DNA of 64,000 nt, from NCBI GenBank assembly GCA_010909165.1, contig MU008223.1:120131-184130 (forward strand). Reading direction: 5' to 3'. Shown here in pieces: positions 59,500 through 64,000 of the stretch; position 1 is the first letter of the stretch, and the number at the start of each line of letters is the position of its first letter. The notes below the pieces were generated by a model. That model was not told where the DNA came from. It saw only the letters and a list, made by a program, of their open reading frames with translations, and did not search any database. This stretch comes from Anthoceros angustus. Taxonomy: Eukaryota > Plantae > Anthocerotophyta. The position numbers and the translations under genes are program-made.

Positions 59500-62400
59500 T
59501 TGGCATACCGCCATTACAAGCGCTCCCTCCGACGCCTTCTTGCTGCCCACACCGCCTCTTACGCCTCTAGCTCCTCCTTCACCTCCTCCTCTCGGTTATA
59601 GTCCTCACCTCCTCCTCTCGGTTATAGTCCTCACCTCCTCCTTCACCTCCTTCCCACCCATCGTGAGATCATGGCGGATGTCACGGGCCTCACCCCTCTC
59701 CTCTCGGTTATAGTCCTCACCTCCTCTGGGCTCCCTCAAAGAAACCCTTATCCCCACCTCCCCGTGGAACCACGCAGAGGCTTTGGGAGTGGCAAGCGGA
59801 TGCCACTCGAATAAGGGTTGGCCACCAATGGCGATGATGCCCGGAGGGACGCCCCACGACGCTCCCTCAAAGTGGATCTCCTCCGGCCCTCTTCTGCAAT
59901 GTCTGCTGTGACCCGTGGTGGGACCGCGCACCGGTCCTCATAAACTGCTTTGGTCTGCAACAACACTCTTAACACCCGTCGGTGGAGGCGCTGGAGCCAC
60001 CACCTCGATGCACACAGATCAACCGGAAAATTGACGCACGAATGGATTCTTCCTCCAGCGTGCCGCTCACTGGAAGGCAAACACAGGAGAATTGGTTGCG
60101 GTTGTTGGAGAGTAAATCACGAGTACTTGGCAAAGGGCCAAAATACCACATGGCGGCTGCAGTTTACGTCCCCAACCCGCCCCAATAGCTCAAAAGCCCG
60201 CGGCCTGCACCTCAACTGTCAGAAGCCCGAGCCCTGCACCCTATCACAAAAAACCCAAATATGCAGCTGGCCAGAAACAAGCGTAATGCTCACCACAATT
60301 AGAAACGACCAGGAGCTTTAGCACCGGACATCCGGTGCAAAAGGCACAATGCATCAGCATCAAAACTCTATGTCAAAACATGAACACGGGATCACACATC
60401 CACATATACCCTAAACATCAATGTCACGACTATGTATTCACTGTCCTCGACCTCAGCACTCTCTCTGGGCCAACCTCGAAATTTTGAATCCTTGGTGGGT
60501 TAAGATCGCTCCTCACGAGTCCACACCTTCCAAAGAAGTCTACCAAATAATCAACGGATGCATCGGAAGATTCAACGTTGTCCAAGTCTTGAATCAATTC
60601 GTTCGTCACCACTTGCTTCACCATCAGGAGGAAGCAAGCGGTTCCTCACTTGGCTCGTAACTCAAGACCTTCCTCCTCAAAGATGTCCATTGTGTCTTTG
60701 CTCAAAGTCTTGTTCCTCGTCAACTCGAAATCATAACCCATGATTGTGGTCTCCAAAAGCTTGATTGGTTGCACATGTTTCTTCAAAGGGTGCCTGCACG
60801 ACCTTTTCTACGGAGGGGGTTAGCACCACTCTTCCGAATACCTACCTCCAATGCATTAGGGTTTTGATGCGCCACCGGTGGACTTGCGCTACCGGTCCGG
60901 CTTCATGGTCTACATCCACAACCTTACCCGCCAGAAGGACGGTCCGGATCATCTCCACTGGACCGCAATCATCATGCCACCTGGATCTCTTTAACCGATC
61001 CTCGTCACGCTCCAGCCTCTTGGCAAGCATTCTGTGGCCCCTGTAAACCTCTCGCTCATGTCCAAATATGCGCTCGCAAGTGTAGCGTCCACTATCACTT
61101 CATCCGGAAGAGCCACTTGGGTTCTTGAATGCTCCTCCGGTTATACCATTTCCATGTTGTGTCCAATGGACGAAGAGCTCAGACGCTACTACACTATGGC
61201 CATCGCTTCTTCCAAAACCATCCCACCGTGATGACCATTGAAGACTTCTGGAAGTTCTTAAACGCTGTCGTTGTCTTCCACTCCGATAGCCCTATCAGCC
61301 GCACGCATGTTCTCTTTGGCCCTTGGATTTCGCACTGCAAGTGGCGAGTGGAGCCGCAATAATCTCCCTCTGGGACTCCATCCGCATAGCTGAACACCAC
61401 CATCCAGGCTCCAATGCGCAGCATGGAAAGCTTGCACCTCGTGACCGTCACAAACACATGACTAGGCAACTCTTGAGTGATTTTAAAGCGATGTTGGAAA
61501 GTGATTATGGAGAGTAAATGTTGCGACGGACCCCAGTGCCACAAATATTGCTTAAAGTTGGGCACCTCTTTCATAAGATAGATCTTTGGTGTCGAGTATA
61601 AGCCCTCTCAAGGCAACCGATTAGCTCAAAGGTGTAGGCCTCCTTGATTTGCTGTGACGGAAAACATTTGATCAATCGATCATGGGTATGGCCAACAATT
61701 AGAAATCCTAGTTTCACCTTCTTGAAAATACCTCGGTCCACTAACATGGCGCACCAACACTTCTTAGTTCTTATTCGAGAAATTGTATTGTCCATCCGCA
61801 AAGAGTTTGAGGCAACTGGCCCTCCCATCCGTTAATAACATGCTGGACTACGCAATTGTCCCGTTAGGGTCATTTCAGATTTGGATAGCTGTAAACATAA
61901 GTTCTCATGTATTTGTTAAACACCAAAACTCCAACCACATGGACAGAGACGAGCAAGACTATCCACATCTTTGGGCACACTCATGAAATGAGGCAACTCT
62001 TTTCTTTTGGTCCATACCATCTATCGCAATCCTACTTGGTCGAGCCATACACTTGCCGCGATGCTTTGCCATTTTCCTCCATCATTGTTGATCCCGGTGG
62101 TAATTGAGGAGTTCCCAAGTCTATCTGCACATACCGGACAAGTGCCATCGCAGCCCCGAACAACTCCGAGTCTGTGCGCTGCTACATCAACCTTTGTAAT
62201 GAACCCTAAAGAATGGTTTGGTTTTACTAGATCACAATGAAGGACTGAAAATCGTGCTTAATCAAGGGGGGTTACTGCACCCTCGGCTGATTTTTCGCTT
62301 TTCAACAAAGAACCGCGGCCAAGGGGTTGCATCAATCGGGCATCAGAATCTTAAGCTTTGATATATGAAAACAATGTTGTACTAAAAATGTTTAGCAAGT

Positions 62401-62800
62401 AGGAATGCTAAGTCACTTCGTTGTTCTTTTTCCATGACAAACATGAAGTATTTGAAGACCTTATTGATAGTTTCACGAAAACAGTATTGACCATGGGTGA
62501 AAAACCACATGTTTCAATTTGAAGGCATTCGCCAAGTCGATTGGTGCACTCTTCACAATGCCTTGCCCAAATATGGGACTAGGTTTGCTGCCAGGCAAAC
62601 CCCTCGGTAAACATTCAACTTCACACCGGCACCATTCCTGCTGTACAATGTCTCGGCCTCATAATCGCCGCCTTGCCGCCTTTCTCTCATGCACGCTCCG
62701 GCTCAAGACTTTACTCCGCTGGTCCGAGGTGCCATCTGCAAACACAACCAACAAAGCAATGAGGCATCACGTACTATGGATTATGGATCGCGGCACGCTC
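59500..62800 (-). pseudogene. Degenerate DNA transposase of the DGMDQ...DN..ENKN...GHTH class (usually labelled CMC/EnSpm-like or Sola-like)
   Basis: IAIDGMDQKK..LPHF (~62030), RMDNTIS/ENKN-like (~61790), MLVDRGIFKKVKLGFLIVGHTHD (~61750-61680). Outer boundaries are approximate and there are many frameshifts. Confidence 0.7.
59581..59725 (+). repeat. ~26-bp repeat, two tandem copies plus one displaced copy
   Basis: ACCTCCTCCTCTCGGTTATAGTCCTC at 59581 and 59607, and a further copy at ~59697. Confidence 0.85.
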
Positions 62801-64000
62801 ACCCCACCTGATCCTCCTCTTGAATCACCGGACAACCGGAGGATGAAGGCCGATGATCTCAATCCACCGACCTCGATGGCGATATAACCTCCGATATGGA
62901 AGTGGTAATACCACCGCTACACAAAATACTTGATGAACCTTTGGTGCCCGCCATATGCATCTCCTCGCACATTTTCGGCCAAACTCCGCTTTCAGCAGCA
63001 CGACGGTGGATGGCTATGGTGACACCGGACTCGTATGCGATCTCCACCGCAGTTGCCCGCCGAGTGTGGAATCGTCTGCTGATGTCGAGCTCTGGCCTCG
63101 CCATGTTTCGAGTGCCCCGCTAAACAAGTAAAGCATATTTTATGAATATGCAGTTTTGCCTGGCAAACTCGGTTTGATCAAAATCTCGTGTCCTCGGTCT
63201 CGTGAATCAGAATGCATTTAACGATCCTCACCGCATGATTTGTAGCTTAAAGTAGATATCCGTCCTAATTGACCAATCAATGACCCAGCAACCGGCATCT
63301 ATGGCCATGATGCGCTCGCCGGTCTCCTCTATACACGCTTCTCAACAACCGGCGCTTTCACTAGTCACAAAATGGCAAGCTCCTCATTGAGAGGATTGCT
63401 TTGATTTGTTGAAAACGCTGCGCCAGTGCTCGATGAGACATCGCCATGTGGCCTTGCATCGGACCCATTGATTTGACAGCGATACTCATGGGGTCCAATG
63501 CGCAAAATCATGGCGATAATCAAGACGCTGCAGATTTGTAAATCGTGAGCCGGCAATGAAAGGCGGTCAAGCCCAAAACACGACTAGGATCAAACCACTA
63601 CCGGGTGATCGCTGGCGCAAAACATGATGGAGATCGTATTGTTGATCGGATGGACTTAACCAAAGCGCAATGAGACTGAGCAAATTGCGACATGTGGACT
63701 GTCGTCCTGAGCTCGACATCACGACCTGGAGCGGCTGGAGCATCCATATTCAAGGAACCCATTCCTCGCACCGAGACTATCATACCCGTGTCCGCTCAAA
63801 GATGCCAAGTATCCTCATCGAGAATCCAGCATCTAATCTGACGGATCATTGGTATCCACTTTTTGGCATAGCTATCAAACATGAGTGGTAATTGCTCTAG
63901 TTGCCAGATACGATATTTGCAATGAGCTTGCAGCAAATAATAAATTTATTTATAGATATTTTATATAAAATGGTTTTCATGCTTTTACAACCATAGCTAC

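Noticed and set aside
62557-62585. Short similarity (MPCP..MGLG) to 8778-8810
   Set aside because: About 26 bp with mismatches and a gap between unrelated elements; compatible with chance.
62850-64000. Several 60-80 aa ORFs at the window end
   Set aside because: No recognisable motifs or consistent frame; cannot be supported as a gene.

Overview
Eukaryotic, most likely non-seed land plant DNA. This is inferred from one intact 25-exon TOPLESS gene with short GT-AG introns, plus Athila-type, Copia, chromovirus, CACTA, hAT-like and pogo-like remnants. The only host gene is TOPLESS (46733-52867, minus strand, 1137 aa); nearly everything else is transposon or repeat derived. The most striking structure is a ~26 kb head-to-tail array (17252-43322). 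It has five ~3.1-3.7 kb non-coding-looking units of two subtypes (alpha, beta), joined at a (TCTA)n microsatellite. Two of the four junctions hold a ~3.9 kb Penelope-like retroelement with Naiad/Chlamys-type signatures (CxC linker, telomerase-related RT, no C-terminal endonuclease) and an apparent TCTA target-site duplication. One junction is an empty 10-bp site and one is expanded to ~1.1 kb of TCTA. The window also opens with a >=3.3 kb fold-back palindrome centred on (TCTA)n/(TAGA)n. An uncharacterised retroelement accessory protein domain recurs in at least five divergent copies. Repeat copies differ by dense 1-3 bp indels while the TOPLESS CDS is frame-perfect, so many frameshifts in the repeats may be unpolished long-read errors. 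All family assignments come from motif recognition by eye, not database searches.
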